Positions 38,316 to 50,900 are shown, counted from the first letter of the stretch. The stretch: 64,000 bases of DNA from Mustelus asterias (GCF_964213995.1 NW_027590205.1:620001-684000); one strand, 5' to 3'. The notes: generated by a model from the sequence alone, not told the origin. Numbers and translations: made by a program.

Positions 38316-38906
38316 ATGGAGAAACGGTGGAAATGTGGGGACTGTGGGAAGGGATTTAGATACCCTTCTCACCTGGAAACTCATCGACGCAGTCACACTG
38401 GGGAGAGACCGTTCACCTGTTCTCAGTGTGGGAATGGATTCAGTCGATTATCCACCCTGCAGACACACCAGAGAGTTCACAATGAGGAAAAGCCATTCAT
38501 CTGCTTTCATTGTGGGAAGAGATTCACTCAGTCATCCGCCCTGCAGACACACCAGCGAGTTCACAATGAGGAGAGACCATTCATCTGCTCTCAGTGTGGG
38601 AAGGGATTCAGTCAGTCATCCAGCCTGCGGACACACCAGCGAGTTCACACTAGGGAGAGGCCGTTTACCTGCTCTCAATGTGGGAATGGGTTCACTCAGT
38701 TATCCCATCTGAAGACACACCAACGGTTTCACACTGGGGAGAGGCCGTTCACCTGCCCTCAGTGCGAGAAGGGATTTGCTCAGTTATCCACTCTTCAGAC
38801 ACACCAGCGAGTTCACACCAAGGAGAGACCATTCACCTGCTCTCAGTGTGGGAAAGGATTCACTCAGTTATCCAACCTGCGGAGACACCAGCGAGTTCAC
38901 ATGTGA
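38316..38906 (+). CDS. C2H2 zinc-finger protein ZF-F, 196 aa, 7 fingers
   Basis: accATGg at 38316, 7 canonical fingers, acceptor ttttacag ~37955, decayed fingers upstream. Confidence 0.88.
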   Translation: MEKRWKCGDCGKGFRYPSHLETHRRSHTGERPFTCSQCGNGFSRLSTLQTHQRVHNEEKPFICFHCGKRFTQSSALQTHQRVHNEERPFICSQCGKGFSQSSSLRTHQRVHTRERPFTCSQCGNGFTQLSHLKTHQRFHTGERPFTCPQCEKGFAQLSTLQTHQRVHTKERPFTCSQCGKGFTQLSNLRRHQRVHM

Positions 38907-39189
38907 TTCCAGGGGTTGGATTCTGCTGTTATTGTTTCTGCTCTCAATTACATCCAGGACTGCATTTTGTTCATTCTCATAGTTGGTCACTGGGGAGAAT
39001 TGGAGGGTTTCTTTCTGCTGGACTGGCCGGTCTCACAACTTTGCCTCCAGTGGCTGATAATCTTTTAACCTTGTTGCGAATATCTGGCTTTGGATTTCTC
39101 AAGGATCACAGAGTGAAAGGGTGTTCGGTAGTTTAAAGATATTTTGTTCGCAATTATGTTTGGAAGGCTCGCAAAGCACGCAGAGGGAG

Positions 39190-42100
39190 TAGTGAGCATG
39201 AGGAACTGAAAGAGATTAGTATCAGTGAAAAAGTAGCACTGGAGAAATTAATGGGGTTGGAAGTGAATAAATCCCCAAAAAGCTGCTGATCTACATCCCA
39301 GAGTGTTGGAAGAGGTGGCTGTGGAGATAGTGGATACATTGGTGGTCATCTTTCCAAATTCTATAGATTGTGGAATGGTTGCTGCAGATTGGAAGGTGGT
39401 AAATGAAACCCCACTGTTTAAGGAGGGAGAGAGAAAACGGGGAACCACAGACCCATCAGCCTGACATCAGCCGGAGGGAAAATGCTCCAATCTATTGTAC
39501 AGGATGTGATAACAGATGAATATGCACATTCAGAACAGGGGTACGTCCCTCGAGCCTGCTCCACCATTCAATACGTGCACAGCTGATCTGATTGTAACCT
39601 CAACTTCACATTCCCGCCGACCCCCCGATAAACTTTCACCCCCTTGCTTATTAAGAATCTATCCAGCTCTGCCTTCAAAAGATTCAGAGACTCTGCATCC
39701 ACTGCCCTTTGAGAAAGAGAGTTCCAGACATTCAGACCCTCTGAGAGGAAGACGTTCTCCTGTTATTTGTCTTACTCTTCTAAACTCCAGTCGATACAAG
39801 CCTAGCCTGTCCAATCATTCCTCATTCGACAAACCAGCCATTTCAGGTATTAGTCCAGTAAACCTTCTCTGAGCTGTTTCCAATGTGTTTACATCTTTCC
39901 TAAATGAGAGCCATACTGTACACAGTACTCCAGATGGTTTCACCAATATCCTGTATAACTGAAGCATAATCTCCCTACTTTTTTATTCAATTCCCTTCGC
40001 AATAAACAGCAACATTCCATTAGCTTTCCCAATTCCCTGCTGAACCTGTATACCGGCCTTGTGTGATTCATGCACTGGGACACCCAGATCCCTCTGCAAT
40101 CCCAGCTCTGCAATCTCACACCATTTAAATGATAAGCTTCTCTTTTTATTCTTCCTGCCAAAATGGATGATTTGACTTTTTGCCACATTATATTCCATTT
40201 GGAAGATCTTTGCCCCGGTCTTAACATATCTATATATTTTTGTAACCAAAAAGAGAAGATGCTGGAAAATCTCAGCAGGTCTGGCAGCATCTGTAAGGAG
40301 AGGAAAGAGCTGACGTTTCAAGTCCAGACGGCCCTTTGTTAAAGCTAAAAGGCAGAGAAAGTGGGAGATGTTTATACTGCCGGGTGAGGGAATTAAAAAT
40401 GAATCATAGCCACAGAAACCAGGGGAAAAGACTGCTCATAGCTGTCCACAGAGAGAATAAAGGGTTTGAATGGCCAAAAGACAGAGAAGCTAAAATGAAC
40501 ATGTTTGGGAGTCGGGGGGGGGGGGGGGGGGGGGCGGCGTGGTGGATGGAATGAATGGGACGAGGTAAGATTTAGCAAAGAGGGAGAAAAGGTCAGGGAA
40601 GGGGAATAAAGTAGGGAGAAAGAGTGGGAGGGAGGAAGAAAAATGAAGAAACACAATCAAGAAATAAAAATATACATTTTTGTAGTCTCCTTATGTCGTC
40701 TTCACAACTTTCCTACCTATCTTTATGCCATTAGCAAATTTAGCAACCATCCCCTCAGTCCTTTCACCTCAGTCTAAGGGCTAAAAGGGGTCACGAGAAA
40801 GCATTGGGCAGCAGGATTAAGGAAAATCCCAAGGCTTTTTATACATATATAAAGAGCAACAGGGAGAGGGTTGGCCCACTCAAGGACAGTGGAGGGAATC
40901 TGCGTGGAGCCAGAGGAAATGGCGATGTATTAAATGAGTACTTTGCGTCTGTATTCATCAAAGACAAGGACTTGGTGGATGATGAGTCTGGGAAAGGGTG
41001 TGTGGATAGTTTGAGTCATGTTGAGATCAAAAAGGAGGAGGTATTGGGGTTCTTGAGAAACATTAAGATAGACAAGTCCCCAGGGCCTGATGGGATTTAC
41101 CCCAGAATACTGAGAGAGGCAAGGGAGGAAATTGCTGGGGCCTTGAGAGAAATCTTTGTATCATCACTGGCTACAGAGGAGGTAAACACAGTAAGAAGTT
41201 TAACAACACCACGTTAAAGTCCAACACATTTATGTGGTAGCAAATGCCACTAGCTTTCGGAGCGCTGCCCCTTCGTCAGGTGGACTTGCAAAATCTCACT
41301 CGCTCTCCTGTCTGGAGACAATACACATCTCTTTAAGCTGTGCTTAATGCTCTCTCCACTCACATTGTCTGTATCTTTAAGACTTGATTAGCTGTATTAG
41401 CATTCCAATCATTATTCTGTAAATTGAGTTGGTGTCTCTGTATGTCCTGTTTGTGAGCACATCTCCCACTCCACCTGACGAAGGGGCAGCGCTCCGAAAT
41501 CTAGTGGCATTTGCTACCAAATAAACCTGTTGGACTTTACACTGGTGTTGTTAGACTTCTTACTGTATTTACCCCAGTCCAACGCCGGCATCTCCACATA
41601 CAGAGGAGGTCCCAGAGGATTGGAGAATAGCCAATATTGTTCCTTTGTTTAAGAAGCGTAGCAAGAACAATCCAGGTAATTACAGGCTGGTGAGCATTAC
41701 ATCAGTGGTAGGGAAATTATTGGAGTGGATTCTTCAAGATAGGATTTATTCCCACTTGGAAACAGATGTATTAGCAAGAGACAACATGGTTTTGTGAAGG
41801 GGAGGTCGTGTCTCATTAAATTGATTGAGTTTTTTGAGGAAGTGACGAAGATGATTGATGAGGGTAGGGCAATGGATGTTCTCTACATGGATTTCAGTAA
41901 GGCCTTTGACAAGGTCCCTCAAAATGTAACTGGTTTGATTAGTAAGTTTGCAGACGACTCAAAGGTTGATGGATTTGCAGATAGTGATGAGGACCATCAG
42001 AGGATACAGCAGGATATAGATCAGTTGGAGACTTGGGCGGAGAGATGGCAGATGGAGTTTAATCTGGACAAATGTGAGGTAATGCATTTTGGAAGGTCTA

Positions 42101-42860
42101 ACACAGATAGGAAATATACAGTAAATGGCAGAACCCTTTAGAGCATTGATAGGCAGAGGGATCTGGGTGTACAGGTACACAGGTCACTGAAAGTGGCAAT
42201 GCAGGTGGAGAATGTAGTCAAGAAGACATACAGCATGCTTGCCTTCATCGGCCGGGGTATTGAGTTTAAAAATTGGCAAGTCATGTTGCAGCTTTATAGA
42301 ACCTTAGTTAGGCCGCACTTGGAATATAGTGTTCAATTCCCGTTGTCACACTCCCAGAGAATGTGTAGGCTTGGAGAGGGTGCAGAAAAGATTTACCAGG
42401 ATGTTGCCTGGTATGGAGGGCATTAGCTATGAGGAGAGGTTGGAGAAACTTGGTTTGTTCTCACTGGAATGACAGAGGTTGAGGGGCGACCTGATAGAAG
42501 TCTACAAGATTATGAGAGGCATAGAGAGAGTGGATAGTCAGAAGCTTTTTCCCAGGGTGGAAGACCCAATTACTAGGGGGCACAGGTTTAAGGTGCGAGG
42601 GGCAAGATTTAAAGGAGATGTACAAGGCAGGTTTTTTTTACACAGAGGGTGGTGAGTGCCTGGAACTCGCTGCCGGGGGAGGTGGAAGCAGATACGATAG
42701 TGACTTTTAAGGGGCGTCTTTACAAATACATGAATAGGATGTGAATGGAGAGATATGGCCCCCGGAAGGTAGGGGTTTTAGTTAGGTCAGGCAGCATGGT
42801 CAGTGCAGGCTTGGAGGGCCGAAGGACCTGTTCCTGTGCTGTAATTTTCTTTGTTCTTTG
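39190..42860. mobile_element. Mosaic of CR1 LINE fragments (39190-39515 +, 39515-40240 -, 40775-42860 +) and a Penelope family B piece (40245-40340)
   Basis: RT motifs in several broken ORFs; GTTCTTT tail ~42850. Confidence 0.85.
41184..41598. mobile_element. Penelope-like family A element with inverted arms and two hammerhead motifs
   Basis: 12-bp TSD TACAGAGGAGGT (41172-41183 / 41599-41610). Cores CUGACGA..GAAA at 41247-41283 (-) and 41471-41507 (+). Confidence 0.85.
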
Positions 42861-43007
42861 TAAGTCATCTATATCAATTGTAAAATGTTGGAGCCCCAGC
42901 ACTATACCCTGTGACAGCTCTCATTACATTTTGACAACCAGAAAATGACCTACATATGTCGAGTGTTTCCTGCTAGCTTGCCAATCTTCTATCCAAGCCA
43001 ATATGAT

Positions 43008-43303
43008 GGGGCGACACGGTAGCACAGTGGTTAGCACTGCTGCTTCACAGCTCCAGGGACCTGGGTTTGATCCCGGCTCGGGTCACGTGGAGTTTGCACA
43101 TTCTCCTCGTGTCTGCGTGGGTTTCCTCTGGGTGCTCCGGTTTCCTCCCACAGTCCAAAGATGTGCGGGTTAGATTGATTGGCCATGCTAAAATTGCCCC
43201 TTAATGTCCTAAAATGCATAGGTTAGAGGGATTGGGTGGGATTGTGGTTGGTGCAGACTCGATGGGCCGAATGGCCTCTTTCTGCACTGTGGGGATTCTG
43301 TGA
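43008..43303 (+). mobile_element. HE1-type SINE
   Basis: Head, body and tail. Confidence 0.9.
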
Positions 43304-43589
43304 TTGTATGTTATCCCCACAGCTTTTATTTGTTGCAATAACCTTTGATGTGGTACCTTATCAAATGCTATCTGGAAATCTAAGTGCATTAAAATGTACT
43401 TTAGGGAAGGAAATCTGCCATACTTACTGGGCCTGTTCTACATGTGACTCGAGAGCCACAGCAATGTGTTTGACTCGCAAATGTCCTCCAAGGATATCAA
43501 GGGATGGGCAGTAAATGTTACCCCAATAAATGTTGCCCAGCCAGGGACGTGTCCCATGAATGAATAAAAATATGTGGAATGTACAGACT

Positions 43590-43985
43590 GGGGGAACAAT
43601 GGGTGGGGGCGGGGCTCCCGGGTCCGCGCGGCTGAACCCGGAGACGTCACCGCGAAGCAGAGTGATTGCTATTGGCTGATTCAGGCAGGGCTCCATTGTG
43701 CCGTCACAATGACTCAGAGGGGCGTTCCCAGCACACAGTGTCCCATTGGCAGCAATGTCACTGGTTACAGAAGCCGCACACTGCGGATTGGACACCAGCT
43801 CAGCGCGGCTGGCGGTCAAAGCCCCGCCCATCCTCACGTGGGCTCGGGTTCCGCCCTCTCATTGTCTATATGCGGCAGATTGGCCAATGGCAACGTGTGG
43901 AGGACCGGATGGGCGCTGGTCCTCCAGCCAATCAGAGTCCGGGCCTTGTATCAATGACCGCGTGGAGCTTCCTGTGGACCTGAAT
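43590..43985 (+). promoter_or_regulatory. CpG-rich CCAAT/GC-box promoter, probably for ZF-G
   Basis: GC boxes ~43606 and ~43822, GACGTCAC ~43643, CCAAT/ATTGG at 43671, 43745, 43787, 43879, 43884 and 43928. Confidence 0.7.
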
Positions 43986-43989
43986 GTGG

Positions 43990-44865
43990 GGGTTCGATCA
44001 GTAAGTTTGTTGATGATACAAAAATTGGTGGTAAATAGCGAGGAGGAAAGCCTGAGATTACAGGAGGATATGGACGGGCTGGTCAGATGAGCAGAACAGT
44101 GGCAAATGTAATTTAACCCCCTAAAGTCCGAGGTGATGCGTTTTGGGCGGACTAACAAGGCAAGGGAATAGACAATGAACAATAGGACACCAGGAAGTAC
44201 AGAGGACCAGAGGGACCTTGGGGCGCATGTCCATAGGACCCTGAAGACAGTCGGACAAATTGATAAAGTGGTTAAGAAGGATATGGGATACTTGCCTTTT
44301 TTAACCGAGGCATAGAATATTAGAGCAAGCAAGTTATGATTGAGCTGTATAAAAAGCTAGAGTACTGTCTGCAATTCGGGTCGCCACATTTTAGCAAGGA
44401 TGAGATTGCGCTCGAGAAGGTGCAGAGCAGATTCACCAGGATGCTGCCTGGGCTGGAAAGTTTCAGCCATGAAGAGAGGCTGGTTAGGCTCGAATTGTTC
44501 TCCCTAATTCAGAGAAGGCTGAGGGGGGCCTGATTGGGGTGGACAAAAATATGAACCCTTAGTTCAAGTAACTTTAGTCGCTGGGTCAACATCCAGATTT
44601 AAGGTGAGGGGCAGGAGATTTAGAGGTGATTTGAGGGAAAAGATTTTCACCCCAGAGGATTGTGGAATCAGGAACTTGCTGCCTGAAAGGGTGGGAGAGG
44701 TGGGAACGCTCAACATTAAGAAGCATTTAGATGAGCACTTGAAATGGCATCGCTTACAAGGCTACTACTGACCAAATGGTGGAAGGTGGGATTAGAACAG
44801 ATCGATGCTTGAGAGCTGGCACAAATTCGATGGGCCAAAGGGCCTCTTGCTGTGCTTTAAAACTC
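43990..44865 (+). mobile_element. Old CR1 LINE 3' fragment
   Basis: Degenerate RFTRMLPGL..RRLRG motifs with stops. Confidence 0.85.
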
Positions 44866-45658
44866 TGAGGACAGAAATATGACCAGTGTTGTTATGTGAT
44901 AAATATCGGATGGTTCTGCAATAAAGTACATTTATTATTATTTCCAGTCTTGTAATATTGTACTGTAGCTCCGTCATATATTTCCAGTCAGAGTCATTAC
45001 AGCACAGGAGGAGTTCATTGGACAACTCCAGTCCCTGCCGAGCAATTCTGTCAGTCTGGAGTGGGTCCCATTCTGTAACCCTGCAGCACCCATCCAATCA
45101 CATTCAAAATTACTGACCATCTCTGCTTGACTCCCCTCACAGGCAGCAAGGTCAAGAACATGACCAATCACAACCCCCTGTATCTTAACCAATTTACAGA
45201 TTTAGGGGAATGAGTGGGGAAAGAATGTTCCTTAGAAACTAGAATTCTAGTTCTGAATTTTGATCCTGTACTGACTGTGATTTCTGCTGCAACTCCTTTA
45301 CAGGATATCAGAAGGTTAAGATCCATAGACGGAAATCCCAAACCAAACATCACATCAAGATCTGACAGTCGCTCAATTCATCTGGACCTCAACATCATCG
45401 ACCTTTGAATCTAGAAGGAGAAATATTTCTCTGTTTTTTCTGCTTCAGAATGTTTAAACATCAGTGTGACTGGAAAGCACCGAGACACAAACACACCAGA
45501 GTGAGAGTGTTCCAGTGCACTGAGTGTGGAAAGAGCTTTAACCAGTTACACAGCCTGAAAATACATCACAGCATTCACAGCGGGGAGAGACTGTACCCAC
45601 GTTCTGTGTGAGATTTAACTGATTGTTTAACCTGGAGAGTCACAAGGACACCCGCATC

Positions 45659-46583
45659 ATGAAGAAACTGTGGAAATGTGGGGACTGTGGGAAGGGATTC
45701 AGGTTCCCATCTCAGCTGGAAACTCATCAATGCAATTACACTGGGGAGCGGCCGTTCACCTGCTCTGTGTGTGGGAAGGAATTCACTCGGTCATCCAATC
45801 TGCTGAGTCACAATCTCACTCATACCAGTGAGAGACCCTTTAAATGCTCTGACTGTGGGACTGGTTTCGAAAGCTCTCGGGATCTGGTGTCCCACCAGCG
45901 CATTCACACTGTGGCGAGACCGTTCAGCTGCTCTCACTGCACAAAGACGTTTAGAAGATCATCCAACCTGCGGAATCACCAACGAGTTCACACGAGGGAG
46001 TGGCCATTCACCTGCTGTGTGTGTGGGAGGGGATGCAGTGATTTATCTAGCTTGCAGTCACAAAGTCAATCACAGCAATGAGCGACCCTTTAAATGCTCT
46101 GACTGCGGGAAAGATTTCAAAAGTTCTCATCAACTGTTGGTCCACCCGCGCATTCACACTGAGGAGAGACCGTTCAGCTGCTCTCACTGCACAAAGAGGT
46201 TTACAACATCAACCTACCTGTGGGAACACCAGCGAGTTCACACCAATGAGCGACCCTTTAAATGCTCTGACTGTGGGAGTGGCTTCAAAAGGTCTCAGGA
46301 TCTGGTGTCCCACCAGCGCATTCACACTGAGGAGCGACTGTTCACCTGCTCTCACTGCACAAAGAGCTTCAGAACTTCATCCAACCTGCGGAAACATGAG
46401 CGAGTTCACACCGGAGTGAAACCGTTCACATGCTCTCTGTGTGGGAAGGGATTCAGTGATTCATGCAACCTGCGAGAACACCAGCGAGTTCACACCGGGG
46501 AGAGGCCATTCACCCGCTCTCAGTGTGGGAAAGGATTTAGTGATTCATCCCTCCTGCTGAGACACCAGCGAATTCACAAGTGA
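45659..46583 (+). pseudogene. Zinc-finger gene ZF-G, 11 fingers, frameshifted in finger 5 (paralog of ZF-A)
   Basis: ATG 45659. A frameshift equivalent to a 2-bp loss at ~46055 moves the array from ORF 45623-46081 to ORF 45828-46583. The last finger has Cys>Arg. Confidence 0.8.
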
Positions 46584-46849
46584 TTACTGGTGTTGGATTC
46601 TGCTGTTATTGCTGCTGTTAATCACATCCAGGACTGAACAGTGTTCATTCTGACAGTTGGTGAAGTGGGAGGGTCGGAGGGTTTCTTTCTGCTGGACTGG
46701 CCGGTCTCCCAACTTTGCTTCCAGTGGGCTGATGCTCTTTGAGCCTGGGAGAGCACATTTCCACTGAAATGATCCACAAAAGCTGATGAAGGACATTTAT
46801 TTTATCCTGGATAGTAAAGAGTGCTTTTCCTATGACTAAGGTAGATTTA

Positions 46850-47570
46850 AAATAAATACAGAAAGAACTGAAAAAACACAGCAGGTCTGGCAGCATCTGT
46901 GGAGAGAGAAACAGAGTTAATGTTTCACGTCCAATGTAACTCTACTTCAGAACGAAAGAGAGGGAGAAATGTGATGGGTTTGATGCTGCTGAGAAAGGGG
47001 GGAGGGGCAGGGAGAACAAAAGGGAAAGTCAGGGATTGGTTAGAGGGCGGGTGAGATTAAATGACAAAAATGTCCTGGAACAAAAGGCAAAGGGAGAGGT
47101 AATAGTTGTAATAAAGAAACAATCAGAGTTTTAACAACAGCAGGTTAAAGTCCAACAGGAACCTGGTGTTGTTAAAACTCTTACGGTGTTTACCCCAGTC
47201 CAATGCCGGCATCTCCACATCGTAAAGAAACAAAGCATTGGTAAGTGTTAATGGCAGAATAAAGGACAGCTCTGTCTGGAAGCAAAAAAACATGAAAACA
47301 AGATGCAGACTGACACTCAGCAAATAAAAAACAAATCAAAATGGAGGAGAGAGTTCAGGGTGTGAAGTTGTTGAACTCAATGTTGAATCCAGAAGGCTGT
47401 AAAGTGCCACATTGGAAGATGCGGGGCTGTTTGTCCAGCTTGTGTTGGGCTTCTCCGGAACATTGCAGCAGGCCGAGGACAGAAATGTGAGCGTGAGAGC
47501 AAGGTGGTGAATTCTAATGGCAAGCGGAAGGTCAGGGTCATGCTTGTGGACTGAGCGGAGGTGTTCCACA
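46850..47570 (-). mobile_element. Decayed Penelope-like family B copy (duplicate of 1703-2320)
   Basis: Reverse complement of 1703-2320. It carries an extra family A mini-insertion 47123-47222 with TSD TAAAGAAACAA. Confidence 0.7.
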
Positions 47571-47732
47571 AAGAGGGCAGGGAACAGGCTACAGATGAAT
47601 TAAAGAGAAACCATATTTGTGTCCAGAACATTGTGAACTTCCTTTTACTCTGGTTGTCTTTGATCCTCAAGTCATTTTCTGTTTGTTTTAACCATGTTCT
47701 GTTTCATTAATAAACTTTTATCAGTAAATGTT

Positions 47733-48522
47733 ACATAGAACATAGAACATAGAAAGCCACAGCACAAACAGGCCCTTCGGCCCACAAGTTGCGCCGATCA
47801 CATCCCCACCTCTAGGCCTATCTATAGCCCTCAATCCCATTAAATCCCATGTACTCATCCAGAAGTCTCTTAAAAGACCCCAACGAGTTTGCCTCCACCA
47901 CCACCGACGTCAGCCGATTCCACTCACCCACCACCCTCTGAGTGAAAAACTTACCCCTGACATCTCCTCTGTACCTACCCCCCAGCACCTTAAACCTGTG
48001 TCCTCTCGTAGCAACCATTTCAGCCCTTGGAAATAGCCTCTGAGAGTCTACCCTATCCAGACCTCTCAACATCTTGTAAACCTCTATCAGGTCACCTCTC
48101 ATCCTTCGTCTCTCCAGGGAGAAGAGACCAAGCTCCCTCAACCTATCCTCATAAGGCATGCCCCCCAATCCAGGCAACATCCTTGTAAATCTCCTCTGCA
48201 CCCTTTCAATGGCTTCAACATCTTTCCTGTAATGAGGTGACCAGAACTGCGCGCAGTACTCCAAGTGGGGTCTAACCAGGGTCCTATAAAGCTGCAGCAT
48301 TATCTCCCGACTCCTAAACTCAATCCCTCGATTAATGAAGGCCAGTACGCCGTACGCCTTCTTGACCGCATCCTCCACCTGCGAGGCCGATTTAAGAGTC
48401 CTATGGACCCGGACCCCAAGGTCCTTCTGATCCTCTACACTGCTAAGAATGGTACCCTTCATATTATACTGCTGCTTCATCCCATTGGAGCTGCCAAAAT
48501 GGATCACCACACACTTATCCGG
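47733..48522 (-). mobile_element. Young CR1 LINE 3' end
   Basis: 230-aa stop-free ORF2 C-terminus, GTTCTAT tail. Confidence 0.92.
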
Positions 48523-49448
48523 TTCCTCCAGTTTGCATTGGAGTGCCTCCTGTTACCATTGTTTATTGCCCCTTCCGTCACGTTACAGATGATCAAGAGT
48601 AGACTGGTAGTTATTGGCGGTGTTGGATTTGATCTGAGTTTTGTAAAGCGGGCAATCTTGGGCATATTGTATCATTGGCGGTTAGATGCCCGTGTTCTAG
48701 CTGAGGAACATCTTAGCTAAGGTTGCGGCAAGTGCTGAAGCACAATTCTTCAGCACCATTGCCAGAATCTTTTTCAGGGCTGTAGTATTTGCTCTTTCCA
48801 ATGCTCCAAGTTTGTTTTTTTCTTGAAATCATAAGGAATGGTGAAGTGTATCTGTTCCGTTCAATGTCTACCCCACTCTGTCTCTATATTTACCTCTTTC
48901 TCTCTGGACATCTGCCTTGGTCTTTCCCTCTTTCAGTCTAACTCTCCATTTCCCCTCTTTTGTTTTTGTTCCTTCTCTTCTCTCCCTGTCTGGGTGGAAT
49001 CAAGTTTCATTGATTTGATTCCTGAAATGAGGTGGTCGTTGAGCTGGGGATCCGTCTTGATTTTAAATGGCAGAAGAGACTCAAAGGGACTCTGTGACCG
49101 AATTCAACTCCATTGATTTTGTTCACTGCCAATACCAGCTCTGACAGCAATGACTTCTGCTGCTGCCGTTGTTGGGAAGTCTAAGACACAAATTTAGGAT
49201 CGTGATGTTTATGGCGGAGTGGGATCAAATCCCCCACTGTCACATTTTCACTTAAATTACTATAAACGTTCTGAACACCTTTGGTCAAAGCATGTGATTA
49301 CTTGAATTGAATGCAGTAGAATGTATCATCATTCATTTTGACTCGAAAAACCAGCAGAGACAATGCAAAGCGAGTAACTGACAGCCTTGAAACGAGTTTA
49401 GTTGTTCCGCCAGTTAGCCGGATCTGTTTCACATGCATGCATCGCCGT

Positions 49449-49502
49449 GTTTCTGTAGTGTAGTGGTTGTCACGTTGGCCTCACACGTGGAAGGTCCCCG
49501 GT
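49449..49502 (+). pseudogene. tRNA-Val(CAC) pseudogene, T-arm truncated
   Basis: GTTTCTGTAGTGTAGTGGTTGTCACGTTGGCCT-CAC-ACGTGGAAGGTCCCCGGT follows vertebrate tRNA-Val, then breaks off before TTCGA. Confidence 0.8.
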
Positions 49503-50129
49503 CACATTTGAACATTTCCATAATGGTTCTGATTTCAGTTATTCTCGTTTCGCATGAAACATTAATTGAGCTGATGAGTTTTTCCGGCATTTAGGACGGG
49601 AATCACACAGTGAAAAGAATCCCTGTGATAGCGAGCAAGACAGGATGGATTAACTGACACAAGGATTGATGGACAAGGACAACGTTGATTGGTTCTCGTT
49701 AATTTTAAACGTTGCTGCATCACCTCTCAAACTGAGACTGTCTCCATCCCGCTTTGCTAATCTCACAGTTACTGTTTTCTGAATGAAAACTGCTTACAAT
49801 CAGTCGAAGTCAAATAGTTTAGTGTTTCATTCAGTGAGAAATTTCCTTGTCATTTCGCCCGAGATTTTCATCCACAAATGAGTGATATTTCTGTCAGTGC
49901 ATCCGGTTAAATCTGACCCATTACCCAGACTTTACCCTGTATCACCACATCCATCGTCAGTGCTTTGCATCCGAACACCCCCTTTTCACTATCTGTGTTT
50001 GTTCTCAGCCTGTTGCCCATGTGACTTTTCCAACTAGGAAGCAAAATCTCACTCGACTGATGCTGACAGACTTGCTTTCGATCAGGAAGTAATTCAAGTT
50101 TGTTTATCAAAAACATTAAATCTTAATAT

Positions 50130-50186
50130 ATCGAAGCCAGTCTGCGACCCTGAAAGCGCTGAACCCTTACCACTAGACCAGCAGGA
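50130..50186 (-). pseudogene. tRNA-Glu(TTC) pseudogene
   Basis: TCCTGCTGGTCTAGTGGTAAGGGTTCAGCGCT-TTC-AGGGTCGCAGACTGGCTTCGAT resembles tRNA-Glu; the 3' acceptor strand is missing. Confidence 0.7.
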
Positions 50187-50194
50187 TGGTAGGG

Positions 50195-50900
50195 CGTTGG
50201 GGAAAGTTATAGAACAAAGAGATCAACAGGTACATGTTCATAGCTCATTGAAAGTGGAGTCACATGTGGACAGAGCAGTGAAGAAGGCACTCGACATGCT
50301 TGGTTTCATTCGTCAGAAAATTGAATACAGGAGTTGGGACGTCTTGTTGAAGTTGTACAAAATATTGGTAAGGCCACACTTGGAATACTTTGTGCAGTTC
50401 TGGTCGCCCTATTATAGGAAGGGTATTATTAATCTTGAAAGAGTGCAGAAAAGCTTTGCTAGGATGCTACCGGGACTTGATGGTTTAAATTATAATGAGT
50501 GGTTGGATAGATTGGGACTTTTAATTTCTGGAGCGTAGGAGGCTGAGTGGTGATCTTACAGAGGTCTATAAAATAATAAGGCGCATAGATCAGCTTGATA
50601 GTAAATATATTTTCCCAAAGGTTGGGGAGCCTGAAACGAGAGGGCATAAGTTTAAGGTGAGAGGGGAGAGATATAAAGGGGTCCAGAGGGGTAATTCTTT
50701 CACACAGAGGGTGGTGAGTGTCTGGAACAAGCTGCCAGACAGTCTTTTAAAAAGCGCATAGAGAGTTACATGGCTATTGAGGGTAATGGGCCAAACGCGG
50801 GCAATTAGGACGAGCTTTGTCGTTAAAAAGAGCGGCATGGACATGTTGGGCCGAAGGGCCTGTTTGCATGCTTATACCTCTGTGACTCTATGACTCTATC
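50195..50900 (+). mobile_element. CR1 LINE 3' fragment
   Basis: LYKILVRPHLEY motif; (GACTCTAT)n tail. Confidence 0.85.

Noticed and set aside
38260-39136. Alternative-frame ORFs over zinc-finger exons
   Set aside because: By-product of the 84-bp periodic coding sequence.
40514-40534. Poly-G run as a regulatory element
   Set aside because: Lies in decayed TE sequence, and homopolymer length is unreliable.
49449-50186. Functional tRNA genes
   Set aside because: T-arm or acceptor stem is missing and the stems are mismatched.
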